From sequence record NC_048673.1: a DNA stretch of 64,000 bases; one strand, 5' to 3'. Positions within the stretch are counted from its first letter, which is position 1; each line of letters starts with the position of its first letter. Shown here one piece after another: positions 8,827 through 23,333 of the stretch. Made by a program: the position numbers and the translations under genes. The notes beneath the pieces were generated by a model, which worked only from the letters and a program-made list of their open reading frames with translations, made no database searches and had not been told where the DNA came from.

Positions 8827-11800
8827 GTTGACGACTTACCGGGAGTGTGTAACAATACTCCCGCAACCTAACAAAGGAAATATTATGAAGACTATCAAAG
8901 AAGTTTACGAAGAATATAAATCAAAAGAAAATGCAAGCATCCATATTGATCTTCTGGAACAAATTCGCAACCAAACTGAATACAATTTTTATCGTGGTGT
9001 CGATGGTGCCGCTGATTTCTTTGAAGATCAATCAGGGACTATGTTTATTGATGTAGATGGGAAAAATTGGTTTGTTTCTGCTCCACAAGTCAACATCCAA
9101 CCCCGAATCTGGGCAACTAATCTCAAGGCTGATGAACCGTATGATATTGTTGCTCTTATCGATGGTGTTCTTTATGAAAGTCCAGAGACATATTCGCGAA
9201 AAGAGTTTGTTATCGCATCTGTCAATCGTCTTAGGGAAGAACTGACAAAAGAATTTGTCAAGGAGAACTGGAACAAAACAGGTTATAACAAACTGGCTTT
9301 CGATGTAGCAATTAAAGATTGGGATGATGATAATGCGAACTCTTAACATTTATGAAATCGGGGTAGACGAACCACCAATCCCCGGTTTAGAGATCTGTTA
9401 TTTGGATCGTGGTTATTCGTTTGGCTTTGTGAACGACCATCTTAAAATGGGTATTGTTGGTGTAGCCTGTAAGCCCGGTGATGAAGACCGCGATGATTAC
9501 TTTTACGGTGAAATCGATTGGGCCGACTGCGATGACCAATTCTTTAACGAAGAAGGATATCCCCATTCTCCATATCTCTATATTGATGATATGGAGAACC
9601 AACTTGAGGAAGGTGACAAGTGGGCTTACTTCCACGAATATAATGATGCGTTTGGGGTGACTGATATTTTTCCTTTCCAAGAGGGTGAATCTTTGGAGAT
9701 CGCAATCAAGCATAGCATCGTAGAGGAACTAAGTAGGGAACAGACTGTTATCAAGAAAGGATCTATTAGTAACGATGGATATCCACGACCAGACTGCGAT
9801 TTGTATTACACATACATTAAAGTTTGGTATAATGGGGAACGATATCTGTTGAAATTTAGCTCAACAAAACCAGATGTTCTGGGTGGTCGTTTGTTTAGTT
9901 ATGAATCTATTGATGAGGTATAAAAATGAGTAGTGGAAAAGCAGTATTACGCAACGCAGCTAAACAAGCACGATGGGAACGGAATACTAGTCGTCTCATC
10001 AAAAAATACCTTCTCCGTGGTTATGATGGGGAATATAATTGTTCATCTGCAAAATCAAGATTTGATTTGTTTGTCAATTATTGTGGTATATATTCACTCT
10101 ATCGTTACGAGCCTGCATCTGGTATTGGTACAAAAATAGAAAATCTTTGTAAAAAGAAAGGGATAGATACAAAACTTTTTAGTTTTTCAAAATGTTTGAT
10201 AAATGGCCCGTTTCTATCCATCTATGGTCACAGTAAAGAATTTTTAAAATTCCTAGATCTGATTGATATTAGGTACATGTATGAAACATTTGGTAAACAA
10301 CCGCATATTAGTATTATTTTGAATCAGGATATTGGGGATAAGGTTAAAAAACCGAAGTCCAAGAAGCCCGTTAATGTTTCAACCGAAACCATCACACTAC
10401 AAAATAAATCCGAGTTTGAATACATCAAGGATACAATCGATAATATCATCAAAGAGAAAGCGATTGCAGAAAACAAAGTAATTTTCCTTAACTCTCAACT
10501 CGAAGAGGCAAAGGGTATGATGCGTCGATTGGTCAAGGATTACATCTGATGTGTTCGAAAGAAGAACTTAGATTTTTCTTAATGTCAAACTATCGACATT
10601 CAAGGTTCAAAGATAGAAATACTGGATTTTGGATTGACTATCAGGATATTATCACAGATAATCACAACGAGGCTCTGTTAAAGTATGGGAGGTCGATGAT
10701 CTCCCAACATGATAGTATCAATGGGCAGATTTTGGTGTTTGACAAAGACCTAAACAAAAAGTATATTGATTATGTCGAGACACCGAAACAGTCTCAAACC
10801 CTTACACACTTATTTTGAGGTTAAAAATGAAACTTGTTCAAGTTGATGGTATTCCGAAAAAAGGTTACTTTGTTGTTACTGGTATAAGTAATTTTCAAGA
10901 AACTCCGTTCCCGTTTGGTGAATCTTTTTATGCAGACGGGAACGGTCGTATTTTTGAATATGAAAATGAATATGACACATGGGAACATGATATTACCGAT
11001 TCTCTTTATTTCAAGGACTGGGCTGATGTAAAATATTTTGTAATCGAGGAATAATTATGGATTTCATTATTCGTTATTGTCATATGTTCGCCTCTTTCCT
11101 GTTCGCCTTTCTGAACAATATTTATTATTGGGTTCCTGCTTATGGTATCGAATGGTTCCTGATCATCGTTGTGATCACTATCATTGGTGTTGGTATTGGG
11201 AAAAAATACGAACAAAAGAAACAACAAGATGAGCAATTCGATTTCGGAACTCCATCAAAATAAGGGTTTGATATGTATATTCAACATAATCTAAAAGTGG
11301 ATGAACTGGTTAGGATAATTGATGAGATCTCCCCTGACCTAGCGCGTCGAGTTGATGATATGATTGAATCAGAAATTGAAGCGGCTATGGATTCTTGGGG
11401 TGATCAGGAAGAGTTTGAGAAGGGGTGTCATAAGGAATCTGTTCGTGCTGCAATCCACTTCTCCAAGTACCCAGAATGGTTAAAAGACAATGATGCATCA
11501 AAAGAAACGTATTACGTGAACTACGTATATCGTCCTTTTCATATGGATAACCACAACGTGTCTATAACGCGATTTAACAACGACACATGGTCAATTGATA
11601 TCAGTATGGGTACGGTTGGTCAAGATGGTTGGAAAGGATTTCTGAGGGGTTCTGTTGAGGATGTACAGCGCGAAGTAGTTGACACGGTTCTTGATTTACT
11701 TCAAGATGGTTTGTATCTAAAAATTAATGATTGAGGGACTTTATGATCGTATTTATTGGTTTTGATGATGATATGAATGTGGTTGAAATTACAGAATGTA

Positions 11801-12947
11801 CCCCTACTCGTATTGAAGTTATGGACATGATGGTAAAATCTCACCATACCGTTTGTGTGGTTGTTGATGTGAAAGAAGAACAGATCGACACTTGGATTGA
11901 TAGTGATTGTTCAACCCTTAACGACGACCTAGCAGACCTAGATATGTGCGGTATGGTAATAGCAAAAATTGACAATCGGAAATTTTAAAATGAAAAAATT
12001 AGAACTCCCAATCGGGACTGTTATCCCCCGTGGTTACATTGTAGGGATCACTAGTTGGGAAAACGACGGTGATTATTACCATACCATTTACCATACTGGT
12101 CTGACTCGCGATGATGTCGATTTCTTCCGTGTTATTGCTCCGTTTTTTAACAGCGCAAATGATTGGAAAGAGCCGGGTTATGGTAATGATCCTTACACAG
12201 ATGCATTAGTTTTTGAGTTGTTTGATAAACTCGAAGAAAATCCGCATATGGCTAACCAGTTCAAGCGCTTTCTTGATATCGATTGCAATGTGATTGATGA
12301 AGAAGAGGGTGTTCCTAATTGGGTAACTATCCTAGAAACTATCAAGAAAAATATCACTCATGAAGCAACCTATTATGACGGTGATTTTATTCGTGTTGTA
12401 GAAAGTATTGATGTTTGGTTCATTCATGATGAATTTGAGATCAAAGAAATTCCAGCTAATTTTGTAGAGAGTATAAAATGAAAATGTTTTCAACTGTAAC
12501 AAGTCTATTAACTGTACGAAACATCAAATTCTTTGAGTTCTACATCAAAGATATTTGTAGTGGTGAACTGAGTTGGTTTACTTATGATGGTTTTGTGTAT
12601 TTATTCAAAAAAGATACAAACGAATTCATTGATGGCGAAATCGATTATGAAGACCCAGAAAACTCACAAAATGTTGTAGATTCTTTTATCAACAGTCATT
12701 GTGACCTACCTCATCGATTCTCTCTTGTAGACCAGATCGATCAGCTTCAAGAGGAACTGAAAGACCGGTTGTATCAAGATTTTCGTTTTAATCGCGACAT
12801 GACAGATAAAAAGTAGTTGACGTAGATTAGGGGGTATGAGATTATACCCCTGTACCAACAAAGGAGAGAAAAGATGATTAACGCAGAATTCAAAAAAGCA
12901 GTTGCTGAGTTTTTCAACACTCATATCGAAGATCAGAAACTGACCTT

Positions 12948-13001
12948 CGGATCCTTTGATGCCAAAGTTTTGTGCGGATCCTTTGATGCCAAAGTTTTGT
13001 G
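12948..13001 (+). repeat. Perfect in-frame 27-nt tandem duplication in ORF 12874..13080
   Basis: CGGATCCTTTGATGCCAAAGTTTTGTG x2; protein GSFDAKVLC GSFDAKVLW. Confidence 0.95.
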
Positions 13002-16000
13002 GTGTGGTAAGCAGATCAATGATAAAACTCCTGTTGGTCGTGCGGCCATTATGTTTGCAATGTCTAAAGTAAAGGTGTAATCATGAAATTTAAAGAAAAT
13101 CAAGAGATTGTATGTGTTAATAACCTTGAGATGGAAGGTGTTTTAGTTGTAGGTAAAACATATGTTGTTGACAAATACATAAGTCTTATGGCTGGTGACC
13201 TTGTTCAACTATCTGGGGTTAAAATTCAATTATCCCCAACTCGTTTTCTTCCGATTGGTCATAAAAACGAGTTGGAGATTATGAGTCTGTATTATAAAGT
13301 TCGTGAACTTGATGGCGAAATTGAAGAATGTTTTAATATTGAAGCATTAACAGGGGTTGACCATTATTGGAAGCGGGAAAAACTCAGGGGACAGATTGAT
13401 GATATCGAACAAGACATCGAAAAATTGAGGGAAGACGTATGATTTTCTGGAAAAAGAATACTTGGGGTAAGTTGGCTATTGGCGATTCATTTAATGATGG
13501 TAACCTCAAGTCGAAAATCGTTGATATAAACCATATGTATGGTCAGATCAAACTAGATAACGGTGTAGAGGTCAAATTTGATTCTGTGCATAGTTACTAT
13601 TACAAAACACAAACATCTCACTGTAACACAACTCAGTGGCACTACGCCTTTATTGACGGCTGTTTGTATACGTTTGGTGAACGTGAAGAACTTAAGGTTG
13701 GTGACGTTGTACGAGCTTCTTATTATGACGACGCAGACCGTCTTAAACATGTGTGTTTTGTGGTAAAAGATTTCTTTAAGTCCGACTCTATTATCGTTGA
13801 AATTGAAGGTAATGAAGAGATCTTGACGGTCGGTTATGGTCATTTGATTACACTTTACAACGACGACCTACCTTCTTATTTTTGTAACGACCTTGAGGTT
13901 GGTGTTGGTGGTCTGGTTGAGAGGATCCGAGATGAACGACGGGCTTGTTAAACTTGAGGTTGAAGGTAAAGAGGAATGGGTTGACTCATTCCTCAACCTG
14001 AATAAAATTCCTTATGTATCAATTGGTTCGGCTAGAATCTTTAAGATGAACAAAGAAAGTGCTTGCTATATGACGAAATGTAGTTCATCATACATTACCG
14101 ATGACGATATTGAACTTTACAAAAGAGAATATGGGGTGTAAAGTGCATTATACATTGTGGTTTGACTACTGGAATAATTCAGCTTCTGTGTTTGAAACTC
14201 ATCTCGAACTATCAGGAATAAAATACGAATGGGAAGAACGAGAGGGGGATGAATCCACCATGGGGCTGGATGGTCTTGTTTATGGGTTTTTCAGTGAAGA
14301 AGACCTAGAAAAAGCAAGTAATATTTATTTGGATATGTGAGATTTTATGACATTTCTTAATGTTTTTGTTCTTGAAACCGTGATTGGTGTTGTAGTAATA
14401 TTTGGTCTGTTGGTCTGGCTTGAAGTTCGTAAGGAAAAGTAGCTATGAAGATCGTATCAGTAGATTTCGTTAACATCATCAAAAAAGAACTTGTTGATAA
14501 AAACCTTCTTCGATATGGCGTTGACGTCGGTGTAATTACTGACGTCAAAGTAACCATTGGTGGAAGCTATCGCATATTCGTCGGAAGAAAATCATATGTT
14601 TATCGACATTGTGATGAAATGGCTATTGCTTTTTAAAAATAGATAGATTATATTATCCATATCGAAACCAGAGGAAGAAACCATGACTGCTAATGAATAT
14701 GAAGTAAACAAGGCCACCCGTATCGCAGAAATGCAAAAGAATGCGGATTATATCCTTTCTAAGGTAGATCCTGTTCTTCTCCCATACATTCAGGCATATC
14801 CTAGCTGGTGTATTGGGCAAGCCGATACTACCGTTGCATTCATTGCAACTGGTAAAGAGGTTGAAACTGGAGTCGAATACTTCAATGGGCGAATCATTCA
14901 ATTCATCATGCACGAAGATGAAACAAAGTTTAAAGTCCTTTTGAGTAGTGTTGGTAAGCCGGTACTTCGTAAGAAGAAAACCCAACTCGAAGCATGTGAT
15001 GCAGTAATCAAGTTCTTTAATGAAAACGTCGAAAACTTTATGGCTGTTGTAGCCAAATTTAACTGAGGAAATTATTATGTTCGAATCTATCAATACTTGG
15101 TTGTTTACTTTGTCTGGTTGGGAATGTTTTTCTCTGGCACTTATGGTTATTGGTACATACTTCTATTGGAATTCCCCAATTCTTCGTATTGCGATAATCA
15201 ACAACAAGCTGTTTGGTGATGGAAAACTGACGATCAATCAACACCCAATTGGTACTATTACCGAGATCCTTTGGTATTACGGCATCTATTACTTTGTTAC
15301 TCTGTAAGGACTTGTGATGAATATAAAGCTAAATGATTTTGTCAAGAAATTGACTTTCGGTTATTACACTGTTTTTATGAAAGGTGATGTACAACTTTTA
15401 GTTCGGGTTCACGAGACTCGACAAATCACAACAAATCCACTAGGAAACAAACCTGTTTATATGTCCAGTATCGAGTTTCAAGAGAAACATGGAGATGATA
15501 TAGTACATATTGAACATGGACTTAACACACTACCCGGTCATGATGTGAATCTGGTTATAACAGAACGGTTACAGAGTGGGTCAACTGGGAAAATCATTGA
15601 GTATGGATATGATGATGTATATGATTTCTTTGTGTCTGAAATGAATATCCATGGCGAAGACGTGTTAGTAATGACATACTACACCAGTAAAGACGTCATC
15701 AAGTCATGTTCTATTGATACGGTAAACGATATTATATTGTCATATCACGAGGTACAAATATGAAAGATACAATCGAAAAAATAGATAAAGGTACTGTTTT
15801 TTGGGACGGTCGGTTTGGCCCATTTACATGCACAAAGAAACCGGAATTTACCAAAGTCAACGCAAATAGAGACGATGGATATATCTGGAAAGCATCAGAT
15901 AAATTTGGTCTGGAACATGAATTTTTGTGGATTGAGAAATATTCTCATTATGGCCCAAAAATTTACCTTTATCAAGCTTATATGAATTCGGATAGTTTCT

Positions 16001-18024
16001 AAAAAATAGTAGTTGCATTTATAAGCCCATTCATATAGAATGGGCTTTGTTGATTCGGAGGAAACTATATGAACCATTACGTTAAACTGAACATGGACAA
16101 GCTAGAGACTTTAGGTAAAAAGGCGGCATATGTTCGAAATGAGTTGGAAAAAGATCTTGACCCTTGGGAAATCAAAGAATACACTGAACTTCTCAAGCAG
16201 TACGATAAAGAGATTATCGACACACAATTCCAACTTCAAGAAATGATTGATGACCCTTGGTTTAATTAAGGAGATACAACACGATGTTTGAACTTCTTCC
16301 AACAGGTGCTTATGCTGTTGAACTTCGTTGGTTGTCTGGACACTGTGAAGAAATGGCAGAACGTTTCTTTAAGCGTCACGATATCAATTACCAAAAGGTA
16401 TCTATTGGTTGGGGTAACTCCTTCGTCATCACAGACGGCCAGTATAAAGGGTTCTATGATGTTCACGCAAACCCAGCAAACCGAACCATGCTCATCCTTC
16501 AAGACCTCGGATAATTAGGAGATACAATATGACTTACGAACAATCCCATAAAATCATTGAACAGATCAAAGTTTTGGAAGATATTATCAAAAACGGTATC
16601 TCTGTAACAACTTCTGGTGGCACCGACAACCATTGGATCTATAGCAATACTATCCGAGAAGAAGCTAATAAGGCTGCCAAGGCTCAAGCTCGTATCGAAC
16701 TTGACCAATACAAAGAACAACTGAAACAATTTTTGAACGGGAAATAAGATGAAAAAGAAATATAAGTTTAAAAGTCAAGCCACTTGGGATTTGTTTGTCA
16801 TCAACAATAACGATAATTTGTACAATAGTATCATTTCCGTATGTGAATACCCCAAATGGTTTACTATTGAAGAGGATGAACTCTTTCGACCGGTTGTCAT
16901 TAGTGAAGATCGAAAAACCGTGAATTATCATCCGGGGTACAAAATGCCATTTACCAAAACTGAGATGGAATCTTTTCTTGATTCAGAAGAAATTAATTTG
17001 AGCGGACAACCGGAATTTACAAAGACTATGATGATGGAATGGGCTATGAACGACCCAGAAGTATCTGAGTATGTCAAGGATAAATTCGTTCAGAGTCATA
17101 TTAAAAGTAAAGAAAGTATGTTGACAAAAGAACTACAACAGCTTAAGATTCGAGAACGTGATATTTACAAAGAACTTGAGTCGGTAGGCTCGAATATCAC
17201 CCCATCAAATTTTATTATTGACATTGAGGAATAAAATATGCGCAATTTTAACAGCAATCAGCCTTGGTTTTTCCGCCACTTCAACAAGATCTTTACCGTG
17301 TTCTTTATCGGTGTTCTCTTGATGATTGCAGCACAAGTCGCTCTTGTTGGTTATGCTGCCGTTAACGTACAGGAACAGGGCCTTAAAGGCGTTGCTGAGT
17401 CTATCTGGTGTGGTAGCAACCAAAACACCGATGAATGCAAGGAATCGATTCGTGGGGCGTTTATCGATATGCTGAAAGAGGGTAAGTGATGGAGATTAAT
17501 CTGAGTAGTTTTTCACCTTATACACCAAAAACCCCCGGAACCTACTTATGGAATAGCGGATCCACTAACAAGCCAGATATTCGTTCTATTATTGTTGTTC
17601 TTTTCCCACAGAAATCTCAGTACGGACTTGATTGGGATGCATATCTGGGTGTTCCGTCTATGGGTGGCCGAAACGTCGGTCATCTCAAAGGTTCTTTCCT
17701 TAAATTGGAGTTTGTGTAATGCAATACATTTTGACAGAAGAAGAGTATAAAGAACTGAAAGCCTTTCAAAAACGTAATGTAATGGACAATAAGGAGAAGC
17801 TTCAACAACTTTGCACCAAGATTGCTAACACAATGCCTGTGTTTTACTGGAACCGGAAAGAAGCAGAAATCTGGGGCTGTATCCATAACGAAGCAATCGA
17901 TAATGAGGTCTGGGAAGAAGTGACCGAACCCGGTGTAGAAGTCAAGTACACATCCGGATACTGTGATGAATGTCCGGTACAAGACATCTGCCCTACCGAA
18001 TACAAGCGATGGAGTAAATGACCA

Positions 18025-18741
18025 ATGGCTAAGATCAGCAAACAGGCGTTGAAACTCCATAATAAGGCTATGGATCTTGTTCACTCGGATAAAGTCCTCT
18101 CATGGGATGAACGTTGTTTTATCCTTGAGAATTACCAAGAAGGTGCTACCCAGATGAATGGCCTTGCTGGTGCATTCTTCACCCCAGTTATGTTAGCTCG
18201 TGATGCTATGATCGAAGTTAACCAAGACCGTTCTGTATTGGATCTATGTGCTGGTATTGGTGGTCTGTCTTTCTGGTTGTATGACAACGATGTCACTTGT
18301 GTTGAGTTGAACCACGAATATTTTGAGGTTGGTAAACGAGTCGTACCTCATGCAAACTGGATCCGTGGTGATGCACTGGAATACTGTGATAACACTAATG
18401 ACCGGTTTGATTTTTGTATTAGCAATCCACCTTTTGGAAACATCAATACATCTGGTTATAAAGGTCGGTATACTGGCGCAGAATTCGAATATAAGGTAAT
18501 AGAGGCCGCTAGTAAGGTATCTGAATTCGGGGTCTTTATTATCCCTCAGATGAGTGCTGGATTTAAATATAGCGGAGTACGTTCGTTCTGTGATAAAGAA
18601 CCGTCAAATAAGTATTTGAAGTTTACCGAGCAAACAGGGATCCGTCTTGAACCGGGATGTGGTGTAGACACTTCGATTTATCTTTCTGAATGGCATGGGG
18701 TAAGTCCCATGGTCGAAATAGCAACAGCGGAATTTTATTGA
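18025..18741 (+). CDS. Orphan amino-DNA methyltransferase (N6-adenine type)
   Basis: SAM-binding VLDLCAGIGGL and catalytic ISNPPFG motifs. Confidence 0.85.
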   Translation: MAKISKQALKLHNKAMDLVHSDKVLSWDERCFILENYQEGATQMNGLAGAFFTPVMLARDAMIEVNQDRSVLDLCAGIGGLSFWLYDNDVTCVELNHEYFEVGKRVVPHANWIRGDALEYCDNTNDRFDFCISNPPFGNINTSGYKGRYTGAEFEYKVIEAASKVSEFGVFIIPQMSAGFKYSGVRSFCDKEPSNKYLKFTEQTGIRLEPGCGVDTSIYLSEWHGVSPMVEIATAEFY

Positions 18742-21700
18742 TGAAACATACGTACCAAGTAGTAACAACAAAAACAATTGATATTACAGTTTCTCAATTT
18801 GTCAAGAAATATCTTAAAGAAATTCGTGTATGGGAAGATGAATATGATTTCTTTGTTGATGACCCCACGAGTCGAGGTGATGGGTTTTTAATGCGCAAAT
18901 TTTCTCTCCCAAAAAGTCTTTTCTCTATGGATATCAGACACTTTAGTTGGGAAAAGGATAAGAACAAAGCTATGGTTTCTCATATCATTGATGTACTTGA
19001 AAAGAATTATCAGGGGTAAAAAGATGAGTCAGATGAAAGAGTATGAGGTAAGAAAAGAGATTAGTGGATACATTCGAGGACACAAGACTGCTTATGTATA
19101 TGCAAACTCAGAAGAGGAAGCAATCGAAATTGCGAAGAAAACTGATTGTTGGGGTGAACTAGATATAGTTCGGGATGACACAGAGACTCAAGATATTTGG
19201 TGTTTGTAAACAGTATAAGTAGTTGACAAAAGGTGTATTGGATGAGACCATATCAATACACCGAATGGAGAAAAGTATGGTTTATATCACTTCGTATTAT
19301 AGTAATGTACTTGGGAAAACCACGATCAGCCTTTCTGGAAAAAAGGTTCGTGGGAAAACTCATAGTGTTAAAGATGACCTCAAGGAGATCCGGAAGGAGA
19401 TTAACCGTCTTGTCCCAGTCGAGGATCGAATGGTTAAAGGGGTTGATACCTTGACAATCACGTACTTCCCACATATGGATGTCGAAAGTTATATGGTTTC
19501 TCCTAGTATTCAATTTTAAGGTGATTTATGATTGATTTCGATAATGTAAACGAGTTTTATGGTGAAAGTTGGCATGTAGATTCATATAAGTATGTTAAGT
19601 GTGAACATGCATTGGCTAACCTGAAAGGGTTGTTTCCTAACATCAAATGGGTTTATGTTCTGAAACAGATCCCGTTTGATGGTCAAGAGGCTTATAATCC
19701 ACCAACAGTAGATGGTGATTGTTTGGATATTTGTGCTCGTGATTACGTGATTGTCACAGAAGAAGGGAAAATCATCTCGTTGGGTACTAGTGAATGGGGT
19801 CATCTCGAAGAGATGAACACAGACAAGTTTGAGGTGATAAATGAGTAAGAAAGAAAAAGTAGAAAAACATGCACATCTAGTTGATAAATGGGTTTTAACC
19901 GAATCCATTAATGTTGGTGGTGTTGTTGCGTCAAAACCTCGCCTTGTAACCAAAGTTTCTGGGGATCGAGTTTATATTTCTCGACGAATACCAGCAGGTT
20001 TGAATCGACAATCTACTGAATTAGAGGAAGATTCTTTTGTGAGTTCCAAGAAAGTTCTGTATGTGTTTGATTCGGAAGAGGTTGCGTTTGAGGCAGCCAA
20101 TCAATGTTATACTTTGTGGAGTTCTTGGTTTTTTAATCAGAAACAAAATATGATTAATGAAAGTCAGAGGATCCTAAAGGAACTCAGTAATGGATAAGGT
20201 TTATACTTATAAATTTTATGAACACCCGATCACACAGCTATATCGTATCCGGATTTATGATGGGCATCCAAAAGGTGGTTGGTATCGTCAACTCACCTCC
20301 ATTGAGGGGTTTGTTGGTCGGATCCTAAACAGATGGTATGATAAACATATGGGAGTCATTGACAAGGGTGTGTTTGGTCGATATGATACGAGCGACCACG
20401 GTAGCAATGAACGGATGAATAAAGCCATAGGGGAAACAGACTATTACAAAAATCAAGAAATTTATTTTGATAGTGTGTGGGACTTCTATGATCATATAGG
20501 TTATAATCGCGGTGACAAAAAGGTGAGTACGTTAGATAATCTCATCATCAACTGGAAAATTGAAAAGGAATAAAAATGAATATTAATAAATCAAGCTGGC
20601 ACTATCGTCTACTCAACTCACTGTTCGACAAAATCCCAACTAGTTTGTGTCCATATTTCTGGAAAACTGTTTGGGCTTTGGTTATGGTATCCGGTATGTC
20701 AACCCTGTTTATTTTTGCCCTATCTGGGATTGGACTGTCGATTCTAAAAGCATTTGGTATCACCAGTGGTCTCGTTTTGATAACTTCTCCTTTGATTGGT
20801 TTTGTATTTGCTGTGATTGCGATTGTGATTATAGTTGGGTTTTTCTTCCTTTGTGACCATATGAAGAGTTCTATGCGCCGAAAGAAATGGCAGCGAGACG
20901 CTAAGAGACTTGAAGAAAAAGCCAATGGGGAATACAAAGAATCGTTGATTACATCTTTCCTGAAAGCGAAGAAAGAAAAATTATGTCCTTCTCTGAAATT
21001 TGTTGATTAAACATGTTGACAAGAGGATATCAATAAAGGTATCCTCTTTTTGTTGAAACAAAACACACTTAAGGAATTTTTATTATGAGCGTATCTACTT
21101 CTATTTTTGTTGACATCAGCAATCACAACATGAACATCACCGACATAGGCCACGTTGTTCATCGTCTCATTCAGAAAATCAACATAGCGAACACAGTTGG
21201 TAACGTTGGTGGATTTGCAACAATTCACTCTTACGATTTCCAAAGCTTTGTAATCGTATTTAACACGGAAAGCGGAAAGCGAAGTGTGTTTATGTGTACA
21301 GTTTCTCAAAAAGAGGAAATTGATGGTTTGGTTTATGATGGTGATAAAGTTTATATATCCCTTGGTCACAACCAAGAAGGTATTCGTATCATGAAGATGG
21401 TTGCGGAAAGCCTTGTTCAAGAATTTGATGACCTTCCGGTATTCTTCCGCGAATCCAACTCTTTCTATCATGAAAATAACGAATGGGTACAAGTAAAATG
21501 AAAAATTTCGATAAATGGCCCAATGCTAAAGTAGTAATGGAACACATGGATAACCTTATGTGGTTGATTGGTTATCGCCCAAACAACGGAAAGGGTTGGA
21601 CTGGTTACTACTACGATGGGATTATTAAACAACAGAAGGTTATGATTAACCTATCTTGGCAGGAAGCTCGTACCTTGTGTGTTAATGTATTTGATACCGT

Positions 21701-22951
21701 ATCGATGCCGTTATACCGAGTTGTAAATGGGGTTCGAATTTCTGCCGATTCCATGATGGATCTCGACAACTATATTCGAAATCACGTTAAAGAGGTTGAT
21801 GTTATCCGACAACTGGTATACCATAAGAAAGAACGTAAAATCTCTCTTGTTGGTTATAACGAGTTCAAAATCGAGGGTTAATGATGAAGATTGGTTACTG
21901 TCACTACAGCACGTTCATGAGTCAATGGACTGTTTGGATAGGCGAAAGTGGTGAATTCAAAGACGCAGTTAGGTACAATCCGGATGATTGTGTTGTCGAT
22001 CACAAAGCAGGTACAATCGAGATAAACAACGATGGTGTTATCTCTCGTTGGGAATTTGAACCTAACTCTTCTATTGGAGATACCGTTTATAAAGCGTTTG
22101 TTCGCGAAGAAAAGGAATATATTGTAGGTCGCGAATATACCAAGGTGTGGATTACCTCAGAAATGAGTATCACTATTCCAACCGAATTTCTGAAACGAAC
22201 TAAATTCCGTTCTCAGGAATGGTTCATCAAGGAATACAAACGGTATATCGGTAGCAAATACCCAAGTGATATCAAGACGATTACCAGTAGCGTCATTGAT
22301 ATGATGATTCGCCATCACCTGTATCGTCATCGGGGTTTGGAGGATTGTCAGACCATCCCAACAGTATACAAAACAGTTGATATCCTCAAAGAAGCATTAG
22401 GTTCCATCAATTTCACTATGGAAGATGTATTTGTATGAAACAATATTCGTGGAATCAAGGGGTTACATTCATCCCACTGGAATTTGACGATCAAGCATAT
22501 CTGATTGATAATTTCCAGCTAATGATCGATATGTTGACAGAACATCTGGAAAAGAATCCGGACCCTGTTCATCGTCACTGGTTAGATTGCTTAGAAGTAC
22601 GATATAAAAATATTTGCAAACAATCGCAATTAGAGCGTTGACATCCAGTCGTATTCTGATAATATAGGTCTTGTCGAAACGGGGAGTGTTCCCCCTTAAG
22701 GAGAGAGAGAAATGAAAAAGTTCAATTACGCTGTGTCTATCAAGGTTCTGGGTTCTACCAATATGAAAGATTTCTTAGTGGAAGCAGTAAGCTTGAAACT
22801 TGCATATATCACCGTGTTAAATTATCTCGAATCTCAGGGGATCACTCACAGTCCAGACTTTTCAATGAACACCGTTGGTCGCGTTGGTTCTAGTCAAGTT
22901 GAAAGTCTGGTACAATCTGGTTTCACCATCGTTAAATAAGAGGATAACACT

Positions 22952-23269
22952 ATGACTCATATCACTATGCAACAACTCCGTGAACTCATTATGGGTATTC
23001 AGTCCGAACTGGTAATGGTAAATGCCAAGGTTGTTACTGGTATTAGCTCCAACTTCACTTTTTCCCAAACCGCCAACGACATGAAAGAATTGATGAACAA
23101 CTTGGGGCCTTGTGAATCACGCAACTACGTAGGGAAGGCCACAATCGAGTTCAAGAACTGTCACGATGTATGTGCGGCTCATGACGGAGAGATTACTGAA
23201 GAGTTCAGTATCTATATGGATCTGGTTGTTGCCAATCTTCGGGCTGCTTACATCAACCTCGGAAAATAA
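22952..23269 (+). CDS. Hypothetical helical protein, paralogue of 328..624
   Basis: C-terminus IYMDLVVANLRAAYINLGK. Confidence 0.7.
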   Translation: MTHITMQQLRELIMGIQSELVMVNAKVVTGISSNFTFSQTANDMKELMNNLGPCESRNYVGKATIEFKNCHDVCAAHDGEITEEFSIYMDLVVANLRAAYINLGK

Positions 23270-23301
23270 TTTAAAAAGTTGTTGATCGGTATTCCGGCCT
23301 A

Positions 23302-23333
23302 TGAGATACTAACTGTGTCGGGAAATGGTTCCC
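23302..23333 (+). repeat. Promoter -10 plus stem-loop cassette, copy 2
   Basis: TGAGATACTAACTGTGTCGGGAAATGGTTCCC. Confidence 0.8.
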
